Shown: piece by piece, positions 47,424 to 57,392 of the stretch
Layout: each line of letters opens with the position of its first letter
Numbering within the stretch: the stretch's first letter is position 1
From: Candidatus Latescibacterota bacterium
GTDB taxonomy: Bacteria; Latescibacterota; UBA2968; UBA8231
Assembly: GCA_965203175.1 (NCBI GenBank)
Contig: OZ241867.1
Location: forward strand, 608,001-672,000
DNA: 64,000 bases
Reading direction: 5' to 3'
Translations under genes and position numbers: made by a program
Notes under the pieces: generated by a model
Told to the model about the DNA's origin: nothing
What the model saw: the letters and a program-made list of their open reading frames with translations, nothing else
The model's database searches: none

Positions 47424-48365
47424 ATGAAACACGCAACGCTGCTACTCATCCTCGCAGTTGCCTTTACCGGCACTGCCTTCGGCCACAACGGCCTAACCAA
47501 TTTTCTGCCCACCGTTCCCGACCCGCTTGCCATCAACATAGACGGCGTGGAAGACGATTGGGATTGGTACGACCGCGATTTCGCCAATACCGACATCATC
47601 TCCATTCTGGGGCAGAAGAAAGGCCAAGGGGTCAATCCGGCGCCGGACGATTTTAGCATGGCGTGGTTTATGGCCTGGAGCCCGCCCCCGGACAACGCCT
47701 TCTACTTCTTCGCCCGCGTAAAGGACGATACCCTCCGCGCCGGGTGGGGGAACGAAAAGGCCAACTGGTGGGACGACGACAACCTCAACTTGATGTTCGA
47801 CGCCGATCACGGCGGCGGTCCGGTTACGGGCAACGAGGACATCAACGAAATCTCCAACGGGTATCGCTATCACCTCAGCCCGCTCTTCACCAACGAAGTT
47901 GGCCCCCACGCCGGTGGTCTAGCTGGCCCGGGCGAGAACGACGACTTCCAGCCCTTTAGCATCCAGCCGCGCAACATGCGCTATCGCACCACAATCGCGC
48001 CGGCAGATGCCGGGCACCTCACGCCCAACGTGGAGTACACCTTTGAGTTGAAGACAAAGCTGTGGGACATATACGATGTCGCTGGGGAAGACGCGAGCAC
48101 CCAGCACGTCTTTGCCCCAGATCAGGTCTTGCACATCGTAGTCCAATTTGAGGAAGGCGACGAAGGGCCGCACGGCGAGTCGGATTTCTGGGGACAGGCT
48201 GGCGCTCCCGAAGTCAACGGCATGGTCGATGCCGACCAAGCCGCCGACGCTCTATGCTTGCTGACCGCAGATATCGAAAACTATCCAGACTCCTTTGCCG
48301 ACACAGGAACCGCAGTCGAGCACATCACCTGGGCGCGCATCAAAAATCACTTCCACAGCGAATAA
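47424..48365 (+). CDS. Secreted CBM9/DOMON-like protein with a C-terminal TAVE..TW.RIK motif
   Basis: AAGGAG RBS, signal peptide MKHATLLLILAVAFTGTAFG, IDGVEDDW, FYFFARVKDD, WDDDNLNLMFDAD, YTFEL. Confidence 0.75.
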   Translation: MKHATLLLILAVAFTGTAFGHNGLTNFLPTVPDPLAINIDGVEDDWDWYDRDFANTDIISILGQKKGQGVNPAPDDFSMAWFMAWSPPPDNAFYFFARVKDDTLRAGWGNEKANWWDDDNLNLMFDADHGGGPVTGNEDINEISNGYRYHLSPLFTNEVGPHAGGLAGPGENDDFQPFSIQPRNMRYRTTIAPADAGHLTPNVEYTFELKTKLWDIYDVAGEDASTQHVFAPDQVLHIVVQFEEGDEGPHGESDFWGQAGAPEVNGMVDADQAADALCLLTADIENYPDSFADTGTAVEHITWARIKNHFHSE

Positions 48366-48383
48366 CTCCGCTGCGATACGCAT

Positions 48384-48419
48384 AAGAAAGGGACGGGGCG
48401 ATTGGCCCGTCCCTTTCTT
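48384..48419. terminator. Hairpin terminator between convergent genes, probably bidirectional
   Basis: AAGAAAGGGACGGG-GCGATTGG-CCCGTCCCTTTCTT, a 14-bp perfect stem. Confidence 0.8.
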
Positions 48420-48424
48420 GCGTT

Positions 48425-49948
48425 CTAATCCCGTTCCCCCTTACCCCCATCCTGTCCATCCACATCTAAGCGATTCAACCACAAGCTCACCCGTCCCAAG
48501 TGGTTCGGCGGCGGCACCGGCGGAAAAATGTGCATCCCCCCGGTGATGATATCCGGCCGCCCATCGCCATCTAAGTCCCCGAGATCAGCGGTCACGAAAT
48601 TGGCCGGATCGCTGGTAATCGAGTGGCGCGTGAAGCGCTGCTGCCCGTCGTTTTCCAGCCAGATCAAGCCCTGACGGGGCAAATCTTCCCACCGCGCCGA
48701 TTGGTCGGCGATACAACTGGCCACGACAATATCCAAGTCGCCGTCTAAGTCGAGGTCGCCAGCATTAGCCGAGTACGCGCCGTAGAACCGGGTGAGATCC
48801 CGGTACTCAAAGCGCAACGCGCCCATATTTTCTAACCACTGCGCCCCGTGATACGGCTTGGCATCCGTGCCGTCGAAACTGTCGCCGTTGGTAAACAAGA
48901 TGTCGAGATCGGCGTCCTGATCCAGATCAACCAACTCAATGCCCGACGAACCAAACGCCGGATTGCGCGCTTCAAACAAAACGTGCTCGGCAAATGCGCC
49001 GCCGCCTTGGTTGACAAACGCGACGATCTGTTCAAACTCCTGGGTGATCAGGGCGACGATGTCGGGCTTGCCGTCGCCATTGAGGTCGCCGATGGGCACG
49101 TGCGTGCAGCCGCTCTTGCTCGACAAAGTGTGGAGTTCGTTGTATTGATCGCCGGATTTGTATTCCAGCCACGCGACTTCGCCCGTGCGACGCCAGCCAA
49201 ACATGGCGAGCGCAAAGTCCCAGTCGCCGTCGCCGTCCAAGTCCGCGGGCCGCACGTCCGCCACCCGGGGGACGCCCGTTGCCAGCGGAAAAGGCGTAAA
49301 GGACTCGCGGCCGTCGTTGACCAGCAGGACCACTTGCCCGAGGAGTTCGTCTGTGGGCATCAGTTGGCCCAACAGCGCGACGACGATGTCCAAATCGCCA
49401 TCGCCCTCCAAGTCGAAAACCTCCGACCGCGCGGGTGCCTTCAATTCCGCGAGCGGCGTTTCCACGCCCCGATTGTCCTCTTGGTGAATCCACGACAGAA
49501 TGTCGTACTGAGCGTCGCAGACCAGAATGTCGGGCTGGCGATTTTGGTCTAAGTCGCCGACGGTGACGTTGCAAATCGCGGGACGCGACGCGGAGTCCCG
49601 CACCGGATGTCCCAAGGGGATTTTCCTGAAAAATTGCGCCACATCGCTCGTATCCGGGGGCAGGGCAGCAAACGCTTCGGGCGCGTTTTCCACGTAGAAA
49701 TCCAAACATATCCGGCGTTCCTCTTCAGATAGCCGTATATTCCTCTGCTGCCACAGCAAGTCGAACATCAGCGACATCTTCTCGGGCCACACCCGGCGCG
49801 TCAACACGCTTGGCTCAGGTGTGGCGTGGCACATGCCGCAATAGGTCTGCACTACAGGGGGATACACAAGATCGGTGCGAGTTTCGCTCGCCTGCTCGCC
49901 GGCGCAAGCAACGACAAATGCAGGTAGCAATCGGATAAAATTTCTCAC
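48425..49948 (-). CDS. Lipoprotein: monoheme cytochrome c domain plus FG-GAP/VCBS beta-propeller
   Basis: Lipobox VVAC, CGMCH (49826-49840), seven DLDxDGDxD-type repeats. Confidence 0.82.
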   Translation of the reverse strand: MRNFIRLLPAFVVACAGEQASETRTDLVYPPVVQTYCGMCHATPEPSVLTRRVWPEKMSLMFDLLWQQRNIRLSEEERRICLDFYVENAPEAFAALPPDTSDVAQFFRKIPLGHPVRDSASRPAICNVTVGDLDQNRQPDILVCDAQYDILSWIHQEDNRGVETPLAELKAPARSEVFDLEGDGDLDIVVALLGQLMPTDELLGQVVLLVNDGRESFTPFPLATGVPRVADVRPADLDGDGDWDFALAMFGWRRTGEVAWLEYKSGDQYNELHTLSSKSGCTHVPIGDLNGDGKPDIVALITQEFEQIVAFVNQGGGAFAEHVLFEARNPAFGSSGIELVDLDQDADLDILFTNGDSFDGTDAKPYHGAQWLENMGALRFEYRDLTRFYGAYSANAGDLDLDGDLDIVVASCIADQSARWEDLPRQGLIWLENDGQQRFTRHSITSDPANFVTADLGDLDGDGRPDIITGGMHIFPPVPPPNHLGRVSLWLNRLDVDGQDGGKGERD

Positions 49949-50004
49949 GAGCGGCCGCCCTCAATCAAGGCAATCCAAAAATCCCATACATCACAGTTTA
50001 GACA

Positions 50005-52698
50005 ATGTACCACCTAAACGCAGTCAGCGCCGCATTGATCTTGCTCTTGGGATGCAACAACTCCCCCTCTCACAGTCCGCTCCCACAATTCGTCGATGTC
50101 GGCACCCAAGCCGGCTTGCAGTTCACCAACGTCTCCGGCAGCGCCGAGCAGCACTATATCGCCGAATCCGCGTCGGCTGGCAGCGCATTTCTCGATTACG
50201 ATGGCGATGGGTATTTAGACCTCTTCTTCGTCAATGGAACCCGGCTGGAGCAGCCGTCGGCCGAGGCGCGGAACCGGCTTTTCCGCAACGAAGGCGGACG
50301 CTTCCGCGAGGTCCCGATGGATTTAGGACCGAGCGGTTGGGGCATGGGCTGTGCTGTGGGCGACTTTGACAACGACGGCGATCCCGATGTGTACGCCACC
50401 TATTTAGGCCCCAATCGGCTCTATCGCAACGATGATGGGCAGGCTTTCCCCGAGGTCGCCCAAGCGGCTGGCGTGGCGGACGAGAGTTGGGGCTCCAGCG
50501 CGGCCTTTGGCGATTTGGACGGCGATGGCCTCTTGGACCTGTACGTTGCCAATTACGTGGCCTTTGACGTGGAAAATCCCCCAAGTCCCGACGTCAAATG
50601 TCCCTACAAAGGGCTAGACGTATTTTGCGGCCCCGGAGGCTTCACCCGTCAGCCCGACCGAGTGTACGCCAATGCGGGCGCGGACCGCTTTATCGACAAA
50701 AGCGCAGCCACCGGGCTGGACCAATACGCCTATCCGGGCCTCGGCGTGGTTTTCGGCGATCTCGATGCGGACGGCGATCTCGATATCTACGTGGCCAATG
50801 ATACAGCCCCTAACCTGCTGCTGCGCAACGACGGCGCTTGGCAGCTAACCGAGATCGGTATCGAAGCGGGCGTGGCCTTTAGCGGCTATGGCAAAGACCA
50901 AGCCGGCATGGGAGTACACAGCGGCGACTTTGACCGCGACGGGCGGCTCGACCTGTTCGTGACGAATTTTTCCAACGACGTCAACACGCTCTACCGCAAC
51001 GAAGGCGCCTTGCGCTTTACCGATGCCACGTACGAGGCTGGCCTCGGGGGAATCGCGCTGCCCTACTTGGGGTGGAGTACCGGTTTTTTCGACTTTGACA
51101 ACGACGGCTGGCTGGACTTGTTCGTGGCCAACGGGCACCTCTATCCCCAGTTAAACAGCTATGCCTCCGGCCTGCGCTATGCCCAGCGCAACTTGCTGTA
51201 CCAAAATCGCGAGGGACGCTTTGCCGAGGTCGGGGGCCAAATGGGGGCGGGGTGGGCCGTTGAAAAGGTCAGCCGGGCCGCTTCCCTCGGGGATATGGAC
51301 AACGATGGGGACGTCGATCTGTTAATCGTCAATCTCAACGACACTCCAACCCTGCTGCGCAACGACGGGGGCAACCGCAACAACTGGCTGGGCCTAAAGC
51401 TGATCGGCTCCGAGAGCAATCGGGACGCGATTGGTGCCCAAGTGCGCGTGCGAGCCGATGGCTTAGACCTCGTGCGCGAGGTGCATCGCGGTTATGGCTT
51501 TCAAGCCGGGCACGACCGGCGGCTGCTGATCGGCTTGGGAGCGCACGAGCAGATCGACGCGGTGGAAATCCGCTGGCCAGCGGGCCGGCAGCAAGTGTTG
51601 GAGTCACCGCCCTTGCGTAGCTACCTAGAAATTCGCGAGGGACGCGACGAGGTAGCGGTTGTTCCACGAAGCGATGCCAAGGAGCGCAAAGAGGAGGTTC
51701 TAACAGACCAGCCAGCCGCACTCCAAGAGCAGCCAACCACCGAGACCTTTCCTGCGGTCGGCGAGCCGCACTGGCAGGCCGACGATTACCTCAAGGCCAG
51801 CAAAGCCCTGTTCGCTGCGGCGCGCTACGGCGAGGTGCGAGCCGTGCTCGAACAGGGGCTGCGGCAGACGCCGGATTCGCTACCTTTGCGCTTTCACCTT
51901 GGGCTGTTGCTCGTCACCGGCCTAGGGCATTACGAAGAAGGCGCTCAGGTGCTAAAAGACGCCGTGCGCGACTATCCCACTTCTGTAGATTCTCACTTCT
52001 ACTTGGGCCGAGCCTATCTCGGCCTAAACCGCCTCGCCGAGGCCATTCAGTCGTTTGAGCGGGCCGTCGCTTTGGTGCCCTCGTCTTGGGAGTACCACAC
52101 TTGGCTGGGGCTGGCGAACATGGGGGCCGATAGCTTGCGAGCCGCAGCGGCCGCCTTTGAACAGGCCGCAGAGCAGGCCCCTTGGGAGCCCAACCCTCAC
52201 CTACAACTGGTCACTGTGTACAACAAGCTCGGGCGTATCGAAGACGCGCAAAAAGAGCAGCAGCTTTTCGAGCGCTTCTTTCCGCTACACAAGAAGGTGA
52301 AAAATCTCCAACAGCGGCTCGAAGCAATGCCGCAAGACGCCTCGGCTCACAGCGAGTTGGGCACGGCTTACGGCCGGCAGGGGCGTCTCGCAGAGGCGCT
52401 GGCGTCTTTCCAGCAGGCTGTCGAACTGGACCCGCAGCACGGTTTGGCGCATTTGGGCATGGGCACAGTGCTCTTTCGCATGGGGCAGCCGGATCGAGCT
52501 ATATTGTCGTATGAACAAGCCTGCCAGGTGCAGCCGAATTTGGTGGAAGCCTACCAAGACCTGGGATATGCCTATGCGACGCAAGGACGCTTGCGCAAGG
52601 CCATTGCCACGTGGGAACAACTGTTGCAGCAAGTCCCCGACCATCCCAACGCCCACCGCTGGATTCGCCAAGCTCGCGCGAAAAGCCAACAGAGGTAG
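50005..52698 (+). CDS. CRTAC1/ASPIC-UnbV family lipoprotein with C-terminal TPRs
   Basis: Lipobox LLGC, many DxDxDGxxD repeats, SNRDAIGAQVRV..IGLG..IRWPAG (UnbV domain), TPR helices. Confidence 0.9.
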   Translation: MYHLNAVSAALILLLGCNNSPSHSPLPQFVDVGTQAGLQFTNVSGSAEQHYIAESASAGSAFLDYDGDGYLDLFFVNGTRLEQPSAEARNRLFRNEGGRFREVPMDLGPSGWGMGCAVGDFDNDGDPDVYATYLGPNRLYRNDDGQAFPEVAQAAGVADESWGSSAAFGDLDGDGLLDLYVANYVAFDVENPPSPDVKCPYKGLDVFCGPGGFTRQPDRVYANAGADRFIDKSAATGLDQYAYPGLGVVFGDLDADGDLDIYVANDTAPNLLLRNDGAWQLTEIGIEAGVAFSGYGKDQAGMGVHSGDFDRDGRLDLFVTNFSNDVNTLYRNEGALRFTDATYEAGLGGIALPYLGWSTGFFDFDNDGWLDLFVANGHLYPQLNSYASGLRYAQRNLLYQNREGRFAEVGGQMGAGWAVEKVSRAASLGDMDNDGDVDLLIVNLNDTPTLLRNDGGNRNNWLGLKLIGSESNRDAIGAQVRVRADGLDLVREVHRGYGFQAGHDRRLLIGLGAHEQIDAVEIRWPAGRQQVLESPPLRSYLEIREGRDEVAVVPRSDAKERKEEVLTDQPAALQEQPTTETFPAVGEPHWQADDYLKASKALFAAARYGEVRAVLEQGLRQTPDSLPLRFHLGLLLVTGLGHYEEGAQVLKDAVRDYPTSVDSHFYLGRAYLGLNRLAEAIQSFERAVALVPSSWEYHTWLGLANMGADSLRAAAAAFEQAAEQAPWEPNPHLQLVTVYNKLGRIEDAQKEQQLFERFFPLHKKVKNLQQRLEAMPQDASAHSELGTAYGRQGRLAEALASFQQAVELDPQHGLAHLGMGTVLFRMGQPDRAILSYEQACQVQPNLVEAYQDLGYAYATQGRLRKAIATWEQLLQQVPDHPNAHRWIRQARAKSQQR

Positions 52699-52727
52699 CG
52701 CCACCATCCCGACAAAAGGAAGCAGCA

Positions 52728-53513
52728 ATGACCGATTTCAAAACAACCTATTTCAACGACGGCTTCGTCGTCGTCGATGACGCCGTAGAGCCGGACCTGC
52801 TCGACCGCTTGGAGGCAGCGGGTCGGCGGGTGGTAGATAAGGTGCGCTCGGGACAAGTCGATGTCTCCGGCCAAGGCCCCAATGCCACGGGCATCTTGGG
52901 CCTGATCGCCCCAGAATTCGCCGAACCCGCATTCGCCGAATACCTGATCTCCGCTCCAATCACCCGCTACGCCGAAGCCTTCTTAGGGCCGGAGCTGCGG
53001 CTCGGACACGTGCATCTGTGGTGTACAGAACGTCCCTACGACACCGGGTGGCACCGCGACATTGGCCAGCCGCCGGTCAATTACAGCGAAGCCGAGGAAA
53101 TGGCCATTCTCAACGAGCCATTCGTCAGCCTCAAATGGCAGACGGCCCTGCTCGACGACCCGTGCCTGTGGGTAGTTCCGGGGAGCCAGCAGCGCTATCG
53201 CACCGAGCCGGAAGCTGAGGTATTGTTCAGCAACACGCGTCAGCCAATTCCCGGCGGAATGCAGGTAGATTTGCAGCGCGGGCAAACCGTGTTTTGGAAC
53301 GGCAAAATCATCCACCGCGGCCACAAACCAGACGACTTGGAACGGCGGCTGAGCGTCACCGGCGGCCTGCGGCGCTACGATCCCCAAGAATCAATGGATT
53401 ATGTGGGTAGCGACTGGGAATGGCGTCTGTCCGACCGGGTGCGAGAAGCGCTGCCTGAGAAGGCACGACTTTACTACGACCGCTGGCGCGGCCTGCCTCG
53501 GGACGCCAACTAA
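52728..53513 (+). CDS. Phytanoyl-CoA dioxygenase (PhyH) family Fe/2OG enzyme
   Basis: DGFVVV, WHRD, LWVVPGS, IIHRG; AAGGA RBS. Confidence 0.85.
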   Translation: MTDFKTTYFNDGFVVVDDAVEPDLLDRLEAAGRRVVDKVRSGQVDVSGQGPNATGILGLIAPEFAEPAFAEYLISAPITRYAEAFLGPELRLGHVHLWCTERPYDTGWHRDIGQPPVNYSEAEEMAILNEPFVSLKWQTALLDDPCLWVVPGSQQRYRTEPEAEVLFSNTRQPIPGGMQVDLQRGQTVFWNGKIIHRGHKPDDLERRLSVTGGLRRYDPQESMDYVGSDWEWRLSDRVREALPEKARLYYDRWRGLPRDAN

Positions 53514-55138
53514 TTTGCAAACGCTTCCTTAGCGTCCCCAGCAGACACCACGCGGTAAATCCTCACGCTCGCCGTCACCTTCTCCAGCGCGAGATGCTCG
53601 TCCCACACCTCAAACTGCGTGGCGCGCTCGGCAAACCAATCGCTCTCCACTAGCACGTGCCTGATCTGGAGGCGCCGCAGCGCCGAAATGCTGCTCGCGT
53701 TCGGAAACCCCTCCATGATGCGCGACAGGGCGTGAACGTGCTGCGGCACAAAGCTGGCAAATCCATTGGCCATAGGCCGCCCGTGATACATCTGACAGTT
53801 CATCCAATGCGTCGTCTGATCAAAGCGGTCGGCCCGGCCACTGGCGACCATGGGCACATGGACGATGCGAGTATCCGGCGGGGCCTCTCGCAGCCACTGG
53901 ACCCATTCCTGCGTCGGCACTTCCCACTTGAGCAGCGGCACTGGCGCGGACAGCCAATCGACGGCCACGAGCAAAACAACCAAGCACTGCGCCCACCGGC
54001 GGCCCAACCAAACCAGCCCCAAGGCCGCGAGCAACGCGACAAATAGCTGCGCCAGCCCGGCAAAACGCCACAAATTGCGCGCGTACTCAAACCCCACATA
54101 ACACATCCGCAGCACCTCGTACGGAGCGTTCCACGGCGCGTCGAGGCGAGGTCCGAAAGACAACAATACGCAACCCAACGCCGCGCCGAGACAGAATAAC
54201 ATCCAGCGCCGATAGCACCGGTTTGTCAGACCAAACCAAATCCCGGCCAAAGCCAAAGGCCACACGGCCACCCCAAAGCCCAGCGCATGACCCCGCCAAT
54301 CGGGTGGACGTTGCCGCAGCCAGTTGGTGGCCGGCATCTTTGCGTAGTCGTCAACGCGAGCACTCGTGCGGCGGATCGTCTCTTCCGAGCGATACCGCTC
54401 CATATCCAATTCGCCCAGCACGCGCAGTTGCCCAATGGCTATCGGCGCAACCAACGCGCCGCACAAGCTTAGCGCCGCAACGGGCGCGAGAAGACGCCGA
54501 GGCGGCCAGCACAGGACGAAGTAACCCGCCACTGCTACCGGCCCGAACAACAGGGCCGTGTGCGAAGCCGTGTGAAAGCACACGGCCATCCAAACGCCGC
54601 ACTTTAGCAGCGGACCGAACCCTCCGTCGCGCCGGAACTGGACCGTGCAGGCCAGTACCATTATGCAGGGGAACAGGACGACCGTCTGGACGACGCCGAG
54701 CTGATCGGCAGCCAAGGGCAGCATCTCCACGAGAACGCCCCCGGCCAAGGCCGCCCCCAGCGGAAAGCGCAATTGGCGCAGCAAGAAAAAGCCGCTCCAG
54801 CCATTCAACGCCAGAATCGCCAGCAAAATTGCGTTGTATGCTAGGGGCGGGGAGTCGGCAATTAGCAGAATGATGCCAAAGGCCAAACCGGTCAGCCATT
54901 GGGGTTCCGAATAGGCAAAGGCCGCGGGATTGGGATGGAAAATCGGCGCGTTCCAGTAGTCGAGGTATCCGTGCGTCAGCCGGTCGCTGTTCCACCACAG
55001 CGTCCACATCTCCCAGCGCACCGTGGTCGCGGTCGGATAATTTCCAAAGGGAACGTGCGTGGTCAGATGCAGACCCAGCGGCGCGGTCTGGACAAGAGCG
55101 ACGGCGACAAAAAGAGCCGGTATGGTCACGCGGCGCAT
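53510..55138 (-). CDS. GT-C-fold/YfhO-like polytopic membrane glycosyltransferase
   Basis: WNAPIFHP..FAYSE, YNAILL, many TM segments, RNLWRF, HGRPMANGFASF.P, IRHVLV periplasmic tail. Confidence 0.65.
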   Translation of the reverse strand: MRRVTIPALFVAVALVQTAPLGLHLTTHVPFGNYPTATTVRWEMWTLWWNSDRLTHGYLDYWNAPIFHPNPAAFAYSEPQWLTGLAFGIILLIADSPPLAYNAILLAILALNGWSGFFLLRQLRFPLGAALAGGVLVEMLPLAADQLGVVQTVVLFPCIMVLACTVQFRRDGGFGPLLKCGVWMAVCFHTASHTALLFGPVAVAGYFVLCWPPRRLLAPVAALSLCGALVAPIAIGQLRVLGELDMERYRSEETIRRTSARVDDYAKMPATNWLRQRPPDWRGHALGFGVAVWPLALAGIWFGLTNRCYRRWMLFCLGAALGCVLLSFGPRLDAPWNAPYEVLRMCYVGFEYARNLWRFAGLAQLFVALLAALGLVWLGRRWAQCLVVLLVAVDWLSAPVPLLKWEVPTQEWVQWLREAPPDTRIVHVPMVASGRADRFDQTTHWMNCQMYHGRPMANGFASFVPQHVHALSRIMEGFPNASSISALRRLQIRHVLVESDWFAERATQFEVWDEHLALEKVTASVRIYRVVSAGDAKEAFAN

Positions 55139-55139
55139 A

Positions 55140-56033
55140 TTACTTCAACCCGCAACACCGCCGCTGCACAATGCGATCAACCGTCATGCGTTCGATCCCC
55201 AAGTGTTGAAAAACATCCGGCGCTTCTTTTTTGGCTGCTTCCGTAAGAGCGACGAGGAAATCAATCGGCACTTGGGTTCGGGGTCTGAGCCGCAACAAGG
55301 CTCTACCCGGCCACGTAATGCACTGAACGGGGAACGGCACCAACAGGGGCTTGTTGCCTTGTACGCGAGCCAACTGGCGCATCAAGTCCACAAAGCGGAT
55401 GGATGCTCCATACATGGACCAAACGCCTTGATCAGCATCCTGTCCCCGGCGGCCAATCAAGGCGTGTAGAACTTGGACGATGTCGCCTATCCACAGCGGC
55501 CGCACCAAGAACCGGCCCCCATTGGGAGCGGGCAGTACCTTCAGCCGCGATAGGTTAGTCAGCGCGTCAAAGGTCGCCGCCAGCGGCCCTCCCATCTCGC
55601 CGACGATCATGCTTGCCCGCAGGCAAATCGCGTCTAAGGCACTTGTGCCGATGAGCTGTTCGGCGCGATTCTTCGAGCGGCCGTAGAGCGAATATTCAGA
55701 GGTAGCCAAGTCCGTACTAAAGAAAATCAGCCGCGCACCGGGGTTGTATTTTTCCATCAGGCCAATCAGCCGGCTCGTCAGCTCGACGTTGGCAGCAATC
55801 ATGGCGTCTTGGTCGCGTCCGCGCACAGCCGCGGCCAAATGAATGACCGCATCAGCCGACCGCACGTATTCCGCCAAGTACTCCTCGTCGTAGCGGCGGA
55901 TGCGGGTGTAGTTAGCGGTCGCAACATCTTTGCGGCCCAGCCACACGGCTTGCTCCCAAGCCGCTGCCGCCATTAGTTGTTGACCCACGTAACCGCTTGC
56001 GCCCGTAATCAATAAACGCGGAGAATCCGCCAT
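55140..56033 (-). CDS. NAD-dependent epimerase/dehydratase (extended SDR)
   Basis: LITGASGYVG, DAVIHLAA, YGRSK. Confidence 0.88.
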   Translation of the reverse strand: MADSPRLLITGASGYVGQQLMAAAAWEQAVWLGRKDVATANYTRIRRYDEEYLAEYVRSADAVIHLAAAVRGRDQDAMIAANVELTSRLIGLMEKYNPGARLIFFSTDLATSEYSLYGRSKNRAEQLIGTSALDAICLRASMIVGEMGGPLAATFDALTNLSRLKVLPAPNGGRFLVRPLWIGDIVQVLHALIGRRGQDADQGVWSMYGASIRFVDLMRQLARVQGNKPLLVPFPVQCITWPGRALLRLRPRTQVPIDFLVALTEAAKKEAPDVFQHLGIERMTVDRIVQRRCCGLK

Positions 56034-56057
56034 CTCGTCCCAATCCTGATTGCGCCG

Positions 56058-57392
56058 ATGAACATAGCACTCGTCCACGTCCTGAACAAAAGCAAAAAGT
56101 ACGGCCTCAATAAGGACCTAAACGGCGGCCTCGGCACGGCCGACGACTTTGGCGATTCCCTGGCGTTTGGCATACTAAAGCGCATCCGGCGCAAGTGGGT
56201 CCGCATCCCCATCGTCGAATTCGCGTTCTTGCAAAGCGTGCTCGTGGAACAAGGCCACGCGGTATCCTATTTTGAAGGCACCCTGCCACAAGGCGACTTA
56301 GACTTGGTATTGCTGTACGGCTCGCTCGTCGATTACCAGCGCGAAAACCAAGTGTGCCAATCGCTCAAAGAGAAGCTGCCCAAAGCCAAAGTAGGTTTCT
56401 GGGGGCCTTTCCCCTCGCGATTTCCCCAGCTATTTGACAGCGGCGACTTCGTCCTCCAAGGCGAGCCAGAGGCCTTTTTCTTGCACCAATTCGAGCACCT
56501 CGACCAACTCAAAGGCCACGTGGCAGTCACCTCGCCTGCCGACATGGAGGCCCTACCCGCACCTTCGTTTGACAACTTCCCCATCGATCAATACCGCTAC
56601 CTCCCCGCCATTGCCAAGCGGCCATTTGTCGCCTTGCAAGCGAGCCGCGGATGCCCTTTTAGCTGCCGCGCCTATTGTGCGTACGGCGAGTACCAAGGAG
56701 CGAAAATCCGCTTGCGGCCCGCGCGCAAAGTCGTCGATGACATCGTCCGGCTAAAGGAACAACACCGCATAAAAGCCATTCAGTTCAGGGACCCCCTCTT
56801 CGGCCTCCACAAGCCGTTTGTCCGCGAACTATGCGAAGAATTGAAACGGAGAAACGTCGAGATTGAATGGGGCATGGAAACCCGCCTCGACTTGCTCGAC
56901 GAAGACAACTTGCAACAGATGTTCGCCGTGGGGCTGCGCAACATCAACGTCGGCATCGAGACCCCCAACTCGGCCATCGCAAAAATCAACAAAAGGCCGC
57001 TAGTCGAGAAGCTGCACCAAGAGCGCATGATTGCGTTCTGCAAAAAGCTAGGCATCAAGGTCGCCGCCTTCTACATTTTGGCCCTAGAAGGCGACACCGA
57101 AGAGACCATCCGCGAAGCTGTGCAATACGCCATCAAACTCAACACCTATCTGGCCCGCTTTTCCGTTGCTACCCCGTACCCCGGAACGGCCTTTTACGAC
57201 CGGCTCGACCGCGCGGGCAGGATATCGACTTACGACTACGAAAAATACACCCAATTTCACCTCGTATTTGAGCACGAAAACTTGTCGGCTTCCCAAGTCA
57301 GACGCCTACTCGAAAAAGCCTATCTCCGCTACTATTGCCGTCCCGCCTACTGGGCCATGTTTGTCAAATGGAAGATGAAAAATTGGCGCTAG
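56058..57392 (+). CDS. B12-binding-type radical SAM protein
   Basis: GEPE, ASRGCPFSCRAYC, FRDPLF, ETRLD, VGIET, TPYPGT. Confidence 0.9.
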   Translation: MNIALVHVLNKSKKYGLNKDLNGGLGTADDFGDSLAFGILKRIRRKWVRIPIVEFAFLQSVLVEQGHAVSYFEGTLPQGDLDLVLLYGSLVDYQRENQVCQSLKEKLPKAKVGFWGPFPSRFPQLFDSGDFVLQGEPEAFFLHQFEHLDQLKGHVAVTSPADMEALPAPSFDNFPIDQYRYLPAIAKRPFVALQASRGCPFSCRAYCAYGEYQGAKIRLRPARKVVDDIVRLKEQHRIKAIQFRDPLFGLHKPFVRELCEELKRRNVEIEWGMETRLDLLDEDNLQQMFAVGLRNINVGIETPNSAIAKINKRPLVEKLHQERMIAFCKKLGIKVAAFYILALEGDTEETIREAVQYAIKLNTYLARFSVATPYPGTAFYDRLDRAGRISTYDYEKYTQFHLVFEHENLSASQVRRLLEKAYLRYYCRPAYWAMFVKWKMKNWR

